This document shows positions 1 to 13,479 of a stretch of DNA of 64,000 bases, in pieces. The notes below the pieces were generated by a model that did no database searches, was not told the DNA's origin, and was given only the letters and a program-made list of their open reading frames with translations. Position numbers and translations under genes: made by a program. Source of the stretch: Eledone cirrhosa (Eukaryota); assembly GCA_964016885.1 (NCBI GenBank), contig OZ024741.1:308884001-308948000 (forward strand). Reading direction: 5' to 3'. The first letter of the stretch is position 1, and every line of letters starts with the position of its first letter.

Positions 1-145
1 AAAAATTACTGATTCCCCCACCACCCCTATTGTTTGGGACTTAAGAGTATAAAGATTTTGAAACAAATATTTCTGTATTATAGAACCAAGTGCAGTTTCA
101 GGCAGTTTGGTATCCAAGCAGTTAAATCACATGATACTCTCTTAA

Positions 146-366
146 CCCTTTAGCATTTCTATCGGCTGTATCCAGCCAGATTTCTCTCACCTCTTTCTGT
201 TCAAACCGGCCGTAACTGGTTGCTCATACTGATGTTAGGGTATTGTTCTCAAAATAAATAATATCAAAATCACTTAGATTCAATATTATGTAAGATAATT
301 ATGTGAGGTAAAGCCTTTACCGTGAAAATATAATAGTATATATAGAGTAATGTAAATGTTAAAGGA
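146..366 (+). mobile_element. piggyBac-type MITE (family A)
   Basis: Flanked by TTAA (142-145, 367-370). Terminal inverted repeats CCCTTTAGCATTT...AAATGTTAAAGGA. Homologous copies at 9146, 13211 and 18162. Confidence 0.8.
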
Positions 367-1246
367 TTAAAAGATGCAAATGTTGGATGATATAGTGCCA
401 ACTAACATTTGTAACACTAAATCTGTAAGGTTGTAGTGCCAGAGTCATGATAAAATGTTCCCACTATACACTGTAAAGTGTTAGGAAGCACTTCCAGCCA
501 TAGAAACTAAGCCCCAAATGGAATATATGAGCAATATATGGTTACCTGACTAGTCAAGCCTCAGAATATGATAATCCAGCTAACCCATGCAAGGATGGAA
601 ATAGATGTGAAATGGTGATGATGATGATGAAATTAGCAGAACATCATGAAAAGTATGCCTTGCAGCTTAAGGTTGACTTGGGAGTGAGGGGGAAAACCTA
701 AACAGTTGTAGTCTAACTAGGAAGCATATTTCATAGGTGATTGAATCATTTGGAACCTATCCCAGTTAGTAGAATCAGAAAATTAAATATATACAAACAA
801 GGATGTAATATAATGAGACTATTAATTAATTAGTTTCTTAGAAAAGTTGTCTGTGTTATGTATCTATGTGAAGGTGCATGGCTTTGTGGTTAGGGTAATC
901 TGCTCACAATTGGTTGTGACTTCGGTTCTTGGCAGTACACTGTGTCCCTAAGCAAGACACTTTATTTCACATTGCTCCAGTTCAGCAACTAAAGTACAAA
1001 AGTCAGTCCTGGAGAGGATGCCAGTTTATTGCAGGATAAACTCTGTTTTTCAGCTGTGTGTACTGGAGTAACTTGAAATAAAATATCTCTCAAGAACACA
1101 ACTTGCCATCTGGTCCACAACATTATGATCATAAATCCAATACCCTAACCATGCACTTCACTCCTTAAGTAGTGGAACTTATCACCTGAATGATGATATG
1201 TGTATATATATATCACGACACACACACACACACACACATACATATA

Positions 1247-1324
1247 TAGGGTGTCCCCAAAAATGTATACACATATTTATTAGAATGCTGTTGAAGTATG
1301 TATACACTTTTTGGAGACACCCTG
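1247..1324. mobile_element. Tc1/mariner-type ~80-bp MITE
   Basis: TIRs (C/T)AGGGTGTCCCCAAAAATGTATACA...TGTATACACTTTTTGGAGACACCCTG in a TA context. Same family at 38106-38184, partial copy at ~2667-2720. Confidence 0.75.
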
Positions 1325-1860
1325 TATATATATATATATGCATGTTTTTTTTATTTTTATTGATACTGACTCTCAGTTTGGCTCATTTTTTTTCTCCCCA
1401 TCCCCAGATCCTTTCTATAACTTCTCTTGATGCATCAGTCACCACCAAAACTTTCTATGTCTCTTTCTCTCTGTTCTTACCCACCATCTCCCCCTCATTC
1501 CAGTTCTTTGTTCTGTTCTTGTCATCTATGACAGTGGATGGTAGTGGTGGTGGTGGTGATGTTGTTGAAGATATGTGTCATTGGCTTTTAAAAATATTTT
1601 TTATATTAAACATACATACACACATACATATATACATACACATACATACATATCACTATCATCATCATCAACAACATCACCATTCCTTACCAGTCCCTCT
1701 TCTCCCTCTGTCCTTGGTTTATCCTTAGATCTGATCAATAGCCATATTGCTACTTATTGTCCTTCCTTTGGTTGTTGTTGCTACAAGAAAAATTATTATT
1801 TTTATAAAGTACTTATTTTGTTTTTGTCTTATTTATCAAAATGTATTATTATTATTATTA

Positions 1861-2572
1861 TGGACTGGCAGTATTGGTAAAGCATCAGAAAATCTGCTTT
1901 GTGGCATAGAGTTATGGTCCTTTACATTTTGAGTTCAAATCCTGCCGAGGTTAATTTTGCCTTTCATCCTTACAGGGTCGATAAAATAAAGTACCAGTCA
2001 CGCACTGGGGTCGATTTAATCGACTTTCCCATCCCCCCAAATTACTGACCTTGTGCCTATATAAGAAACCATTATTATTTTTATAAAGTACTTATTTTGT
2101 TTTTGTCTTATTTATCAAAATGTATTATTATTATTATGGACTGGCAGTATCGGTAAAGTGTCTGAAAATCTGCTTTGTGGCATAGAGATATGGTCCTTTA
2201 CATTTTGAGTTCAAATCCTGCCGAGGTTAGCTTTGCCTTTCATCTTTACGGTGTTGTTAAAATAAAGTACCAGTCACACACGGGTTGAATTAATTGACTT
2301 TCCCCTCCTCCGACATTGCTGGCCTTGTGCCCAAATCAGAAACCATTATAATTATTATGGATTGGCAGAGTCAGTAGAAAGTCAGACAACATGCTTTGCA
2401 GCATGGAGTTCCTTCCATCTATGTTCTGATTTAATATTCTGTCGAGGTTAACTTAGCATTTCATCCTTACAGGGTCGATGAAATAAAGTACCAGTAACAC
2501 ACTGGGCTTGATTTAATTGACTTTCCCCTACCCCAAACATTGTTGGCCTTGTGCTTAAATCAGAAACTATTA
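1861..2572 (+). mobile_element. Three head-to-tail tRNA-derived MetaSINE-like copies
   Basis: Each has an A-box (TGGCAGTATCGG), a B-box-like GAGTTCAAATCC, a central GCCTTTCATCCTTACGGGGTCGATAAAATAAAGTACCAG resembling the Meta domain, and an (ATT)n tail. Confidence 0.8.
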
Positions 2573-5109
2573 TTATTATTATCATCATCATCACACTCAC
2601 CACCACCGCCACCTATCATGATCATTTGATATTTCAATCTTGAAAGGAGGAAAACAACTTTATATACAGGGTGTCCCAAAAAATGTATACACACTTCAAA
2701 AGCATTCTAATAAATATTATCTATCATCATCATCATTAGTCCCTTGACTTCTGTAGTCGTTGGGGGGATCCTACTGCAGAAGCAGCACACACTCAAAATA
2801 GTCTATCAATGGTCCCATTGTATGGTAGTGTGTGCAAGAAGTGTCTTCTGCGAAAATCATTAGTTGACCAATGCCTTGTCAATGGAATTTGGTAGATGGC
2901 TATTGCAGGATGTGTCCAACCCAAGTGGGCCACTATTGGATTTGAACCTAGAATGCAAAATGTCAGAATGAATACGACAAGGCTTCTTATCCAGCACCCT
3001 AACAATTCTCTCCTTCTACCACTCTAGACTAGTATTTTATTTTAATGATACGTGAAAAGCAAAGTTAATTATGTCAGAATTTGAACACAGACTACAGAGA
3101 ATTGGAACATGGTTTGTTGTACCATACCCTAATGACTCTGCTAATTGGAGCATGAGAGCCCGAGCAAGAAGTTGCAGCCAAATATTCCTAAAATATTATG
3201 TTGTCATCTTCTAAATGTTTAACCCTATCATTACCATATTTCTTATAATATACACAGCTTATGAATTTCAAATAATTTTGAAAATTATCAACAATTTGAA
3301 GGGATTTAGTAAAATAATTTTCTCATTATTTAGCTGATATTTGAAATAACTTACCAAAGGTTCTTACATAAAATCGTGATGAAAAGCTTTTAGATATATA
3401 TTGTAGTAGTATAGTAGGTTCCCTTCGGTCATGAATGACCATGATTTTGCACCTAGAAAGTTCCCCGCTCTGGGCACAAGCCTGGGCAAGGGGTGTTTGT
3501 GGAAGACCAGCAGTTGCCCAGACATGCTAATCTCCCCTCTCCACGCCACTGATGTTGTCTAAGGGAAAGGCTATGGCCGATATAGCTTGGTACCAGTGAT
3601 GTTGCAATTCATTTTTACATCTGAGAAAACAGTTTTAAAGGGGCTGTTTCATGTAGTTTGATTCTATATATATAGAAAACTTGCCAAACAAAGGGTTGAG
3701 TGCCTCTTCTGTCATGTCAAAGACAACATGACGACCTCCCTCATGCTGGTACCACAATAAAATGAACCCATGACGCTCAGAAGAATGGAGGACTATTTGT
3801 AAGTTAGATTTATCCTTATGGCACGTCTGAGAGGTCAGTGGCTCTAACTGGTAGTGACTTGGTCTCTGACGACTTGTCCAATCCTTGTTAGCAGGTAAAA
3901 AGGGACTTTAAATGATGATGATGATGATACACTGGGTTTATGTAAGAAATCATTGTTATTATGATTTATGAGGATGGTGAAAATGACAGTGTTGGTAGAG
4001 TACCATACAAAATGCTTTGGGGTATTTCATTATGACTTTCTACATTCTGGGTTCAAATCCTACTGAGGTCAACTTTACTTTTCATTCTTCTGGGGTTCAC
4101 AAAATACACTATCAGTTAAATATTGGGGCCTATATAATCGACTTTCCCCTTCTCTTGCTGGACTTGTGCCAATGTCACTGAGACATAAGTCATATTACAT
4201 ACATATGACTTATGTCTCTGTCTCTTTTCCTTGCTTTCAATTCTAACTTGAGGTTGGTATGCCTTCTAGAAATAGAATTTCAGGTGGGAGTTTGAAGTGA
4301 AGAAGAGCGGAACAACCACAATTGAAAGTGATTTCTTTCTTTTTACCATGTCCTTTTGATGTGCGTGTGTGTTTGTTTTATCCCTAAAGGATTCCAAAGA
4401 TACCATTTCATTTTTTTTCTCCCTCCCTCCGTGACTCTTTTGTTTATTATGGTTAAAATTCTTTCTTTATACTCCAGGAATTCAAATGCCAGATATGTCA
4501 TTTTGAAAATATATGTGTGTATGCATCTGTGTCTTTCCTATAGAACGATAGATATAAATGAAACAATATAAAACAAATTATGGCTATTGTGTGTTTGTGT
4601 ATTCTAGCTTCTATGTATGAATATATGTACATATACACATACATACACACACGTGTGTGTGTATATATATATGGGTGTGTGTGTGTATGTATATACATGT
4701 TATATGTGTGTGTATATATATATATATGTATTACATAAATATCTAACCCATGGTAGCGTGGAAGATAGACGTTAATCGATGATGATATTATATATGTATG
4801 TTATATATATAATCTATATATTATATATATTCATATTATATATATATATGTTGTATATATTATATATATTCATATATATATATATATGTTGTGTATATTA
4901 TATACATATATATATATGTATATATATATTACATAAATATATATTATATATATATGTAATATATATATATATACATAAGCATCCGAAACTATAATAATCT
5001 CCAGAAGACAGCCGATGAGCGGGAATTGTCCATGTGTTTGTCTCTTCCACATATTCTGTTTCCTATATTCCTCTCGTGTGTTTATATATATATATATATA
5101 TCTAAACCC

Positions 5110-5157
<48 letters not shown>

Positions 5158-5210
5158 ATGCTTGCGTGGAAGATAGACGTTAAACAATGATATATATATG
5201 TATATATATC

Positions 5211-5599
5211 TCATCATCATCACCGTTTTACCTCTGTTCTTCCACGCTAGCATGGGTTAGACGGGTTGTCCTATTGTGGACAGTGTCCAGTCGGCTGACC
5301 ATGCCTTGCTCATACAGGAACTGATTCTGGCTTGATTTCTACAGCTGGATGCCCTTCCTAACACCAACCTCATTTACAGTGAGTGCTGGCTGCTTTTTTG
5401 CCATGGCACCTCCACGACCACTTTGCAGTGGAATGATATGGACCCCAGTCCCTATCATCTCATTTCTACGGCTGAGTAAACTGGAGCAATGTGAAATAAA
5501 GTGTCTTGCTCAAGGACACAACACATCACCTGGTCTGAGAATTGAACTCACAACCTTTCGATTGCAAGGCCAATGCTCTAACCACTAAGCCATGTGCCT

Positions 5600-5601
<2 letters not shown>
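5211..5601 (-). mobile_element. tRNA-derived CORE-like SINE with RTE-type 3' tail
   Basis: Minus strand head GGAGGCACATGGCTTAGTGGTTAG...GAGTTCAATTC, CORE-like CCTTGAGCAAGACACTTTATTTCAC, tail ending (GAT)n. Near-identical to copies at 15047, 15435 and 18191. Confidence 0.85.
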
Positions 5602-5635
<34 letters not shown>

Positions 5636-5646
5636 CCCACACCCCC

Positions 5647-5905
5647 CACTGCAAAGTGGTCGTGGAGGTGCCACGGCAAAAAAGCACCCAGCCCACACTG
5701 TAAAGTGGACGTGTAGGCGCCACGAAAAAGCACCCAGCACTCACTGTAAATGAGGTTGGTGTGAGGAAGGGCATCCAGCTGTAGAAATCAAGCCAAATCA
5801 GTTCCTGTATGAGCAAGGCATGGTCAGCCGACCAGACACTGCCCACAACAGGACAACCCGTCTAACCCATGCTAGCGTGGAAGAACGGACATAAATCGGT
5901 GATGA

Positions 5906-5908
<3 letters not shown>
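5647..5908 (+). mobile_element. 5'-truncated SINE/RTE 3' tail, inverted relative to 5211-5601
   Basis: CACTGTAAATGAGGTTGGTGTGAGGAAGGGCATCCAGCTG...AACCCATGCTAGCGTGGAAGAACGGAC...(GAT)n. Confidence 0.8.
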
Positions 5909-5938
<30 letters not shown>

Positions 5939-5940
<2 letters not shown>

Positions 5941-7773
5941 CATCATTGTTTAATGTCCATTTTCCACACTAGCACGTGTTAGACAAGTTGTCCCATTGTA
6001 TGACACGCCAGGTCAGATGACCATGTCTTGATCATACAGAACTTCCTAATGCCAACCACATTTACCGTGTGTACTGCGTGCTTTTTGTCGGGACACCTAC
6101 ATGACCTCTTTACAGTGTAGGCTGGGTACTTTTTGTTGTGTTGGTAACACAAGTTTACAGTGTAGACTGGGTGCTTTTTGTCGTGACACCTACATGACCC
6201 CTTTACAGTGTGGACTGGGGACTTGGGTGGTGGAGGTGCATAGGGATTAGGGAGGTAGATCTAGGGTGTGGGATGTGTATGGAAGGGGGATGGAGGAAAA
6301 GGTGGTGCATATTAGATGTATACTTCAACCATGTACATGGGAAGGTAGGTCTACGCCCTTAAGAGGTGCAATTGTGCAAAGTTAGTTTTTATCATCTCAT
6401 TTTAAGTCCTCAGTTTTCCTACTCCATAACTTCCACCAACTTCGAGTGCTCTACACCTTTTTTTTACAGCTGTCATCCTTCATACACATCACATGTCCAT
6501 ACCAATCCAATCTCCTCTGCTGCACACTGCATCTGATCCCTCTTATGCCCAGTTTCTCTCAGTTCATTTATGCTTTGCCATTCATGTATATTACCATTAT
6601 ACATCCATCGAAGCATAGAAGCCTCATTTCTTTCCAATCTTCACAGGTACTCTGCACACAGCGCCCAGGTCTCACTACCTTGCAGTATTGCTGTTTGTGT
6701 AGATGCATCATATAATCTGCCCTTTATTTTGAAGGAAAAACCTTTTGTAGTTAGCATCAGTGGTAGCTCCCTGAAGTTTCTCCATCCTATTCTCACTCTG
6801 GCTACTGTGCATTCAAAACGCCCTCCTCCAATCCTAATTTGGTCACTCAGGTAACAGAAACTATCTACTACTACAGAGCCATCTGGGCATTTGAAGAAGT
6901 TAGTATCCTGTGAGCTCTTTCTACTTACTGTACTTGTGCATCAGCCACATATAAAACATACGTTCTTTGCTAGCCTTCCTGAGATCCCACTACATCTCTT
7001 GTGTACCCATAGTAGCATTTGGGACTTGGCATGGAATTTCTACTTACTTTTTTTTCTGCACACTGAACAATACCATTTCCATGAGGGAATCTGGGCCCTG
7101 TTTTCCTTTCTACATACTAGGACTTTAGTTTTTGACAAGTTAACTTTAAGACATTTGGATTCTAGGCCATGCTTCTAGGTTTGGAATTTGTTCTCTAATT
7201 CTACCATAGATTCAGCTTTAAGGGTTAATCATTTGCATACAGAAGTTCCCATGGGCAGCCAGTCTTAAACTCTTCTGTTATAGCCTACAGGGTGATAATA
7301 AACAGGGGAGAGCTAAGAACTAAGGCCTGATGGACATCTACTTGCACACTAAATTCTTCACTATAGTCATTGTTAATTCTAACCTTGCTGACTATTCCTC
7401 TATACATGACTTGTACTGCCCTCACAAGCCATTTGTTTACTCATAGTTTTCTAAGAGCCCACCAGATAATGGAACAGGGGACTCTGTTAAAAGCTTTATT
7501 CAGGTCAATAAATACCAAGTAGAAGGGTTTACTTTTAGTTAGGTACTTCTCCTGCAGTTGCCTCAAAAGGAAGAGGGTGTATGTGGTAATTTTACCTGGA
7601 ACAAATCCAAACTGCATCTCATCAAGGTTAACTCGGTCCTTAACTACCTGTTCTATAACTCCTTTTGTGACCTTCATAACTTGATCAACCAACTTGATGC
7701 TGCTATAGTTTTCTCTGTCTAGTGCATCTACTTTGATCTTGTAGCAGTTGACAATGATGCTGCTACGCCAGTC
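5939..7773 (-). pseudogene. Decayed 5'-truncated RTE-clade LINE (RT fragments plus 3' tail)
   Basis: ORF piece 7441-7692 has QFGFVPG...LRQLQEKY...FIDLNKAFNRVP (RT subdomains 2-3). Downstream pieces match 22785-23930. Shared (GAT)n tail at ~5940. Confidence 0.85.
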
Positions 7774-9145
7774 TAAATTTTGGGTTCAAATTCTAATGGT
7801 TATGATTTCATCTTTTATTCCAGGGTTGATTAAATAAGTACAAGTTATCTACTGGAATAGATTTAGTCAATATACACACCATCAGTCTACCCAATTTATA
7901 CTCGCAAGGTTTGGGTTAACTTAAGGATATGGCAAATGACACTTGACCAAGATACCATGTAAAGGGATTGAACTTGGGACCTTGTGACTGTGAAGTGAAA
8001 TTCTTAACCACTTAGCCATCTAATGGGATGGTTGGCTGGCTGGGATGGGGTCACTCAATAAATAGTACAACACTGTGCAGTACAGTACATTGGATATACT
8101 TCCATCTGGTTTCTATCTTTTCCAGTGTCACTCACTAGGCTTTGGTTGACTTGAAGCTGTGGTAAATGACACTCATTCAAGATACCATACGGTAGGATTG
8201 AACCTACAGCCTCATAATTGTGAAATGAAATTGTTAATAATTCTGCCATGCCTATGGGCTGGCCAGCTGGGATAGGTTGATGGATGGATGGATGGGGGGT
8301 GGGGGGTGTCACACAATGAGTAATACAGCACTGTAGGAAACCACTAACAATATCAGTACAGTCTCTTCAACACCTTACCCCTTTTGATTTCACTCCTCTC
8401 AGCAGCAAGCTAGGACATCATTGTATGTTTCCCATCAAAGTTAACACCTCATCCCTTTTGTTCTTTGATTTATTTTGTTTTGTTAAGGAGGCAGGGGGGT
8501 TGAGTATTAAACATCAAGTCACAATGCCTGATTGTATTTATTTATTACTATTATTATTGTTGTTTTTATCTTTAATTATGGACCTGGGTATGCATTGGGT
8601 AAAAATGGTGGGGTATTTTTTGTCTTTTTTTGTCTTTCTTCTCTCTCTCTTTCACCCTCCCCCTCTTCATTTAGCTGTTAGTTTGAGGTCACATGAGTGG
8701 TATCAGTTAAATATAGACACCCCTCCCCCCACACACTACTGACAGGTCAGATACTGGTTCTTATTACTGTTAGTGGTATTACCCAACTCCCCACCCCATA
8801 ATGTTGATATTGGTGGTAGTGTTATTGGTGGTTGTGATGTTGATGTTGCTGGAAATCTTGTTTATTGCTTGTGGTGTTGCCTAACTTGTCCCCCTTCCAT
8901 CGTGTTGTTGATGTTGTTGTTTCTGGAGGTGTTGCTGATGTTTGTGGTGTTATTGATGCTGATGGTCTTGTTGATGAGGTTATTGTTAGTGGTGGTGTTG
9001 AGAGTAGTAGTGTTGTTGGTGGTGGTGGTCTTGATGTTGGTAGTGTTGTTGGCAGTGTAATTGTTGGTGTTGGTTGTCTTAATTAAATCCACTTTTATTT
9101 CTCATGTTGAACCTTTAAAATTTGGTTTATTTGGAAGTCTATTAA

Positions 9146-9353
9146 CCCTCTAGCAATTAAACTGGCCATATTCGGCCAGAATTCTCTGACCTCTTTCTGT
9201 TCGGACCGACTGTGACCAGCTGCTCATAGTGATGTTAAGGTATTGTTCTCAAAATAAACAATATCAAAATCTCACAGATTCCATGTTATGTGAGGTAAAG
9301 CCTTTACCATGAAAATATAATAGTAAATGTAGTATAATGTAAATGCTAAAGGG
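9146..9353 (+). mobile_element. piggyBac-type MITE (family A)
   Basis: TTAA|CCCTCTAGCAATT...AAATGCTAAAGGG|TTAA. Confidence 0.8.
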
Positions 9354-10429
9354 TTAATGGCTAGAGTGTTCAGTTTACAATCAAGATCTTGAGTTGAATT
9401 TCCAGTAGCACATTGTGTCCTTGAGTAAGACATTTTATTTCATATTGCTCCAGTTCAGTCATCAGGCAAAAATGAGTTGTACCTGTAATAAAAAAAATAT
9501 ATATATAGCCACTTGCCTAGTAATGCACTATGCTGTGCTGAATCTCCCTGAGAATTACGTTAATGTAGAATTCCCAGCCACTTTCATGTGAATTTCATGA
9601 GCAAGCTGTTCCATTGATCAAACATCTTGAACACTCATCATAGAAACCAAAGGATATCCAACAAACACACACCCACTGTCATTTATGTATATGTATAAAG
9701 AGAGGGCCAATAAATTTCAATAAACATTTCTTGACTCTCATCATTCTTTTAGCAGTTACTTTACTGTTCTTTCCTATGAAGAAAGTGTCCCTAAGTATAT
9801 CCTTACCTACCCATCCCTCAGTATTTTTTATAAGCTAAAACCAAGCTTACAACTCGATGCTAATTTTCAAATCCAGTGTCTGGTTCACAGCCTACCACCC
9901 ATGCCCACCACTACAGTTGCTCCCCCCTCTTATTTATTATTTAAAAAATATTTTTTGATATGTAAAAAGAAAAACAAAACATCAAAGATCATAAAATACA
10001 ACAATATAATAATGATGATGATGGTGATGATGTAATGAAATGTGTATTTACACACACACACACATATATATTCATGATACATACATGCAGACACACACAC
10101 ATACATACACACATACACACATACATGCATACATACACACACAAACGCACATGCACACGCACACACACATACATACACAACTTATACAAAGGTAGTTCAT
10201 TAAACAAGGACCCATCCATCTGTTGGGGTTTTGATGTAGTTTCACCTTTCCTTTCATCTTTTTTTTTACATTTTTATTTTTTTGTTTATATATTAATTAT
10301 TTGTTCTTTACTTTTACAATTGTTGTATGTATGCATGTATTTATGTATGTATGTGTGTGTGTATGTATGTATGTATATATGTATTACATATGTATGTATG
10401 TTTGTGTTTATATTTGTGTGTATGTGTGT

Positions 10430-10467
<38 letters not shown>

Positions 10468-11123
10468 ATATGTATTACCTATGTATGTTTGTATGTGTGT
10501 ATGTATATATATTTGTATTTGTTTGTGTGTTTGTATGTGTGTATGAATATGGGTGTATATGTAAGTATGTATATCTGTTCAAAATTTAAGTATGTAGATG
10601 TTATTTTTATACAAACTTTCAGTTGTGTTTTTATCCTTTCTTTTGTTTCCCTTTTTGTCATTGTTTTTTTTGTTTTTTTGGTACAAATGTCGCCAGATTG
10701 CAATTATTGTGATGTTCATAATAAGGATTGCGGCAGTTGTTCTTATCTCCAGCACCATTGTTGCTATTGTTATTGTTTAGCTGTGGCTTTTATGTTCTGA
10801 AGGTGTGTGGACAAGTGGTTAGGGTACTGGTGCTGGATTCTCACCATAAAGTCATCTGTTCGATTCCTGGATCAGATGGCACATTGTGTTCCAGAACATG
10901 ACTGAATTTCATGTTGCTTTTCATGGTAGGACTGATGGACCTTATCATCCCTTTCATTACCATATTTCTAAAAAAAAAAAAATACTCTATGATTTTTAAA
11001 TAATTTCGACAATAATCAAGCATTTGGAGGGATTTAGTAATTTAATTAATTTTTTCATTATTAAGCTGTGTTTAGAGCAATACTTAACAAATAAAATTAT
11101 GATGGAACGTTTTTAGATAAATA

Positions 11124-11703
11124 CTAGCAGAAAGGCCCAGCATTGCTCGGGATTCTAAACATAGATTGGCATGTTTATCCCTCCTTTCTGAAACAGTTTC
11201 GTTGTATGTTCACCAATTGATGCAGAAGTCCTAATAAAAAGTGAAGTCGCCTTGGGTGAATAGGCAAATAATTTTCCATTAAGATTTTTCAAAAGCATGT
11301 AATTGCGTTCCCTCTCTTTTTTGTTGTTGTTTTTGCTGCTGCTGTTGGTGTGATAGCAGCCGTTGGTCATACTACTAACACAGTCTCGTCCTTCTTCAGC
11401 CAATCGTGTATATCCCCTTCTGCCTCGTCAGCAATGAGAACAATATTTGCTCTAGGGTTCTTATATATTTGATATATATTTATCCTTATCGAGCCTCTTG
11501 AAATAAATACGTTTGTTTATATTTTGTTATTGTGTATGCAAAAATATCTGTACACGAATATATAATTATATATATATATATTAAAATAACAGATTAAAGT
11601 TTAAGCAAAGAATCGCTGCTTTCACCCTTAACGGGATCTTCTGAAACTAAAAAAATCAATCTGTGAACGCAGAAGTAAATATTTCGAAAAACGTTACACA
11701 CTG

Positions 11704-11736
<33 letters not shown>

Positions 11737-11990
11737 GCAGATAGTGTCATAATGTCATAATGCAGACAGCCAGACATACAGACAGATATTATAAGGGCGC
11801 GACGTTATAACTATGTATCTTTCTAAAAAGACAGACTAAGAGACAGAGAGATCGCTAACCGGCACCTAATGCGGTCCCTAGGGCATTGAAAATTAGAAAT
11901 ATTTTTTGCTGAAAACACATCAGTTGGGTGGTTCTCGAGTTTTAGGGAGTCAGGCAGACCGACAGACATTCTCTGTTTTAAATATATAGA
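11124..11990 (-). mobile_element. Non-autonomous Helitron
   Basis: Minus strand begins A|TCTATATATTTAAAA and ends hairpin CCCGAGCAATGCTGGG-CCTTTCTG-CTAG|T: 5'-TC, 3'-CTAG, subterminal hairpin, A|T site, no TSD. Related pieces at ~40842-40972 and 45281-45345. Confidence 0.85.
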
Positions 11991-11993
11991 TAA

Positions 11994-12177
11994 ACACTGT
12001 AAATGTGGTTGGTGTTAGGAAGGGCATCCAGCTGTAAAAACCCTGGCCAAATTTACAGCTCCGTGGGGGCAAGGAACGGCATGGCCAATCCTGGCCAGAC
12101 TTGTCTCTTGATGCGGACGACCCATCTAACCCATGCAAGCATGGAAAAATGGACATAAAATAGTGATGATGATGATA
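11994..12177 (+). mobile_element. 5'-truncated SINE/RTE 3' tail
   Basis: GTGGTTGGTGTTAGGAAGGGCATCCAGCTG...AACCCATGCAAGCATGGAAAAATGGAC...(GAT)n. Confidence 0.75.
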
Positions 12178-13210
12178 AACAATTTGAAACAAACAGTTTT
12201 GTATCATAGGACTAAGGGAAGTTTCAGGCAGTTTGATACTAAAAGGATTACAACAGTTGGGAAACCTCCTATGAGATACAACCTTGTAGGAGGGCAGGTA
12301 AACCTGAATAGGCGTGAGCTGCAACATTTAATTTTTTATTTTCATTTTCTATCTATTCTGATTGCAGATCTCATGTAGGTTAACGAACAATAAAATACAA
12401 TCAAGTACAGGGTTAGATCTAATCAACTGATGATCATTACCACATTAACATCATTTATCCCTTAGGAGACAACAGGGCCGATCTATCAGCTCGATTATAC
12501 AAGCCTTGAGATTAGTTAGCTGGTCGTCGTACCATCCAGTCAGATTACTTCTTGCATATCTGGGCCTTTCAATGATGGCTTCCATGATAGTTTGCTGTGT
12601 TCTATGATTTATTTATCATACACTTTATTTTTTGTATTTTTTTTATATAAGTGCTTGCTCTCTGTAGGGCTGGTGAAAAGGGCTCTGTCTTCAAAGGGTT
12701 AATGTCCATTTTCCCTGCTAGCAAGTGTTGGACAGGTTTTCATTGCCCAAGTCAGTACTCAAGCAGAGCTACTGTCCTCTTAGACAGGCAGGAAGCTTGC
12801 AGAGAGAAACTCTTTCGAAGCCTGTTGGATAGATTATACCCATAGTTCAAACACCCAACTTTGTCATAATCTGTCATGTTGATTCTACCTGAGAGCTGAT
12901 AACATTAACATAGTGGACAAATCGTTGTGGAAATTTGCAGCATAAGACTAAAGACTGATTTTTAATGTGACACAATCATTTTTTTCCCTAAATGTTGCAT
13001 ATTTAAAATTGTTGATTACTTCTTAACATCCTATAATGATTTAGCAGAAAATATCTAAAAATAGCTTTGCTAATTCAAATGTTGATATGATTGTGAACAT
13101 GTGCAGTAATAGAGTAAACACTTTAACTTTTAATGTAATATCGTCATATTGTACTTTTCAAGAACATCTTCCTAATGTGGTTTCATGTGGTACAGGATGT
13201 TAAGCGTTAA

Positions 13211-13431
13211 CCCTTTAACATTTACATTACTTTATATTTACTATTATATTCTTACGGTAAAGGCTTTACCTCATATAATTATCTCCCATAATATCGAATC
13301 TATGAGATTTTGATATTATTTATTTTGAGAACAATACCTTAACATCAGTATGAGTGGCCAGTTATGGCTGGTTTGAACAGCCAGAGGTGAGAGAATTCTG
13401 GCTGAATATGGCTGGTTTAAATGCTAAAGAG
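13211..13431 (-). mobile_element. piggyBac-type MITE (family A)
   Basis: TTAA|CCCTTTAACATTT...AAATGCTAAAGAG|TTAA; reverse complement of 146-366. Confidence 0.8.
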
Positions 13432-13479
13432 TTAAGGGTGCAAATGTTTGTGGAATCAGCAACTTACACGCAAATTCAA

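Larger units (their letters stand above)
10948..12250 (+). mobile_element. piggyBac-type MITE (family B) split by a Helitron and a SINE tail
   Basis: Left part CCCTTTCATTACCATATTTCTA (10948-11122) and right part ...GTTTCAGGCAGTTTGATACTAAAAGGATTA (12178-12250) are collinear with the uninterrupted copy at 27843-28103. Confidence 0.6.

Noticed and set aside
5349-5588. Recurrent MPFLTPTSFTVSAG... ORFs as a small gene family
   Set aside because: Antisense translation of the CORE-like SINE.
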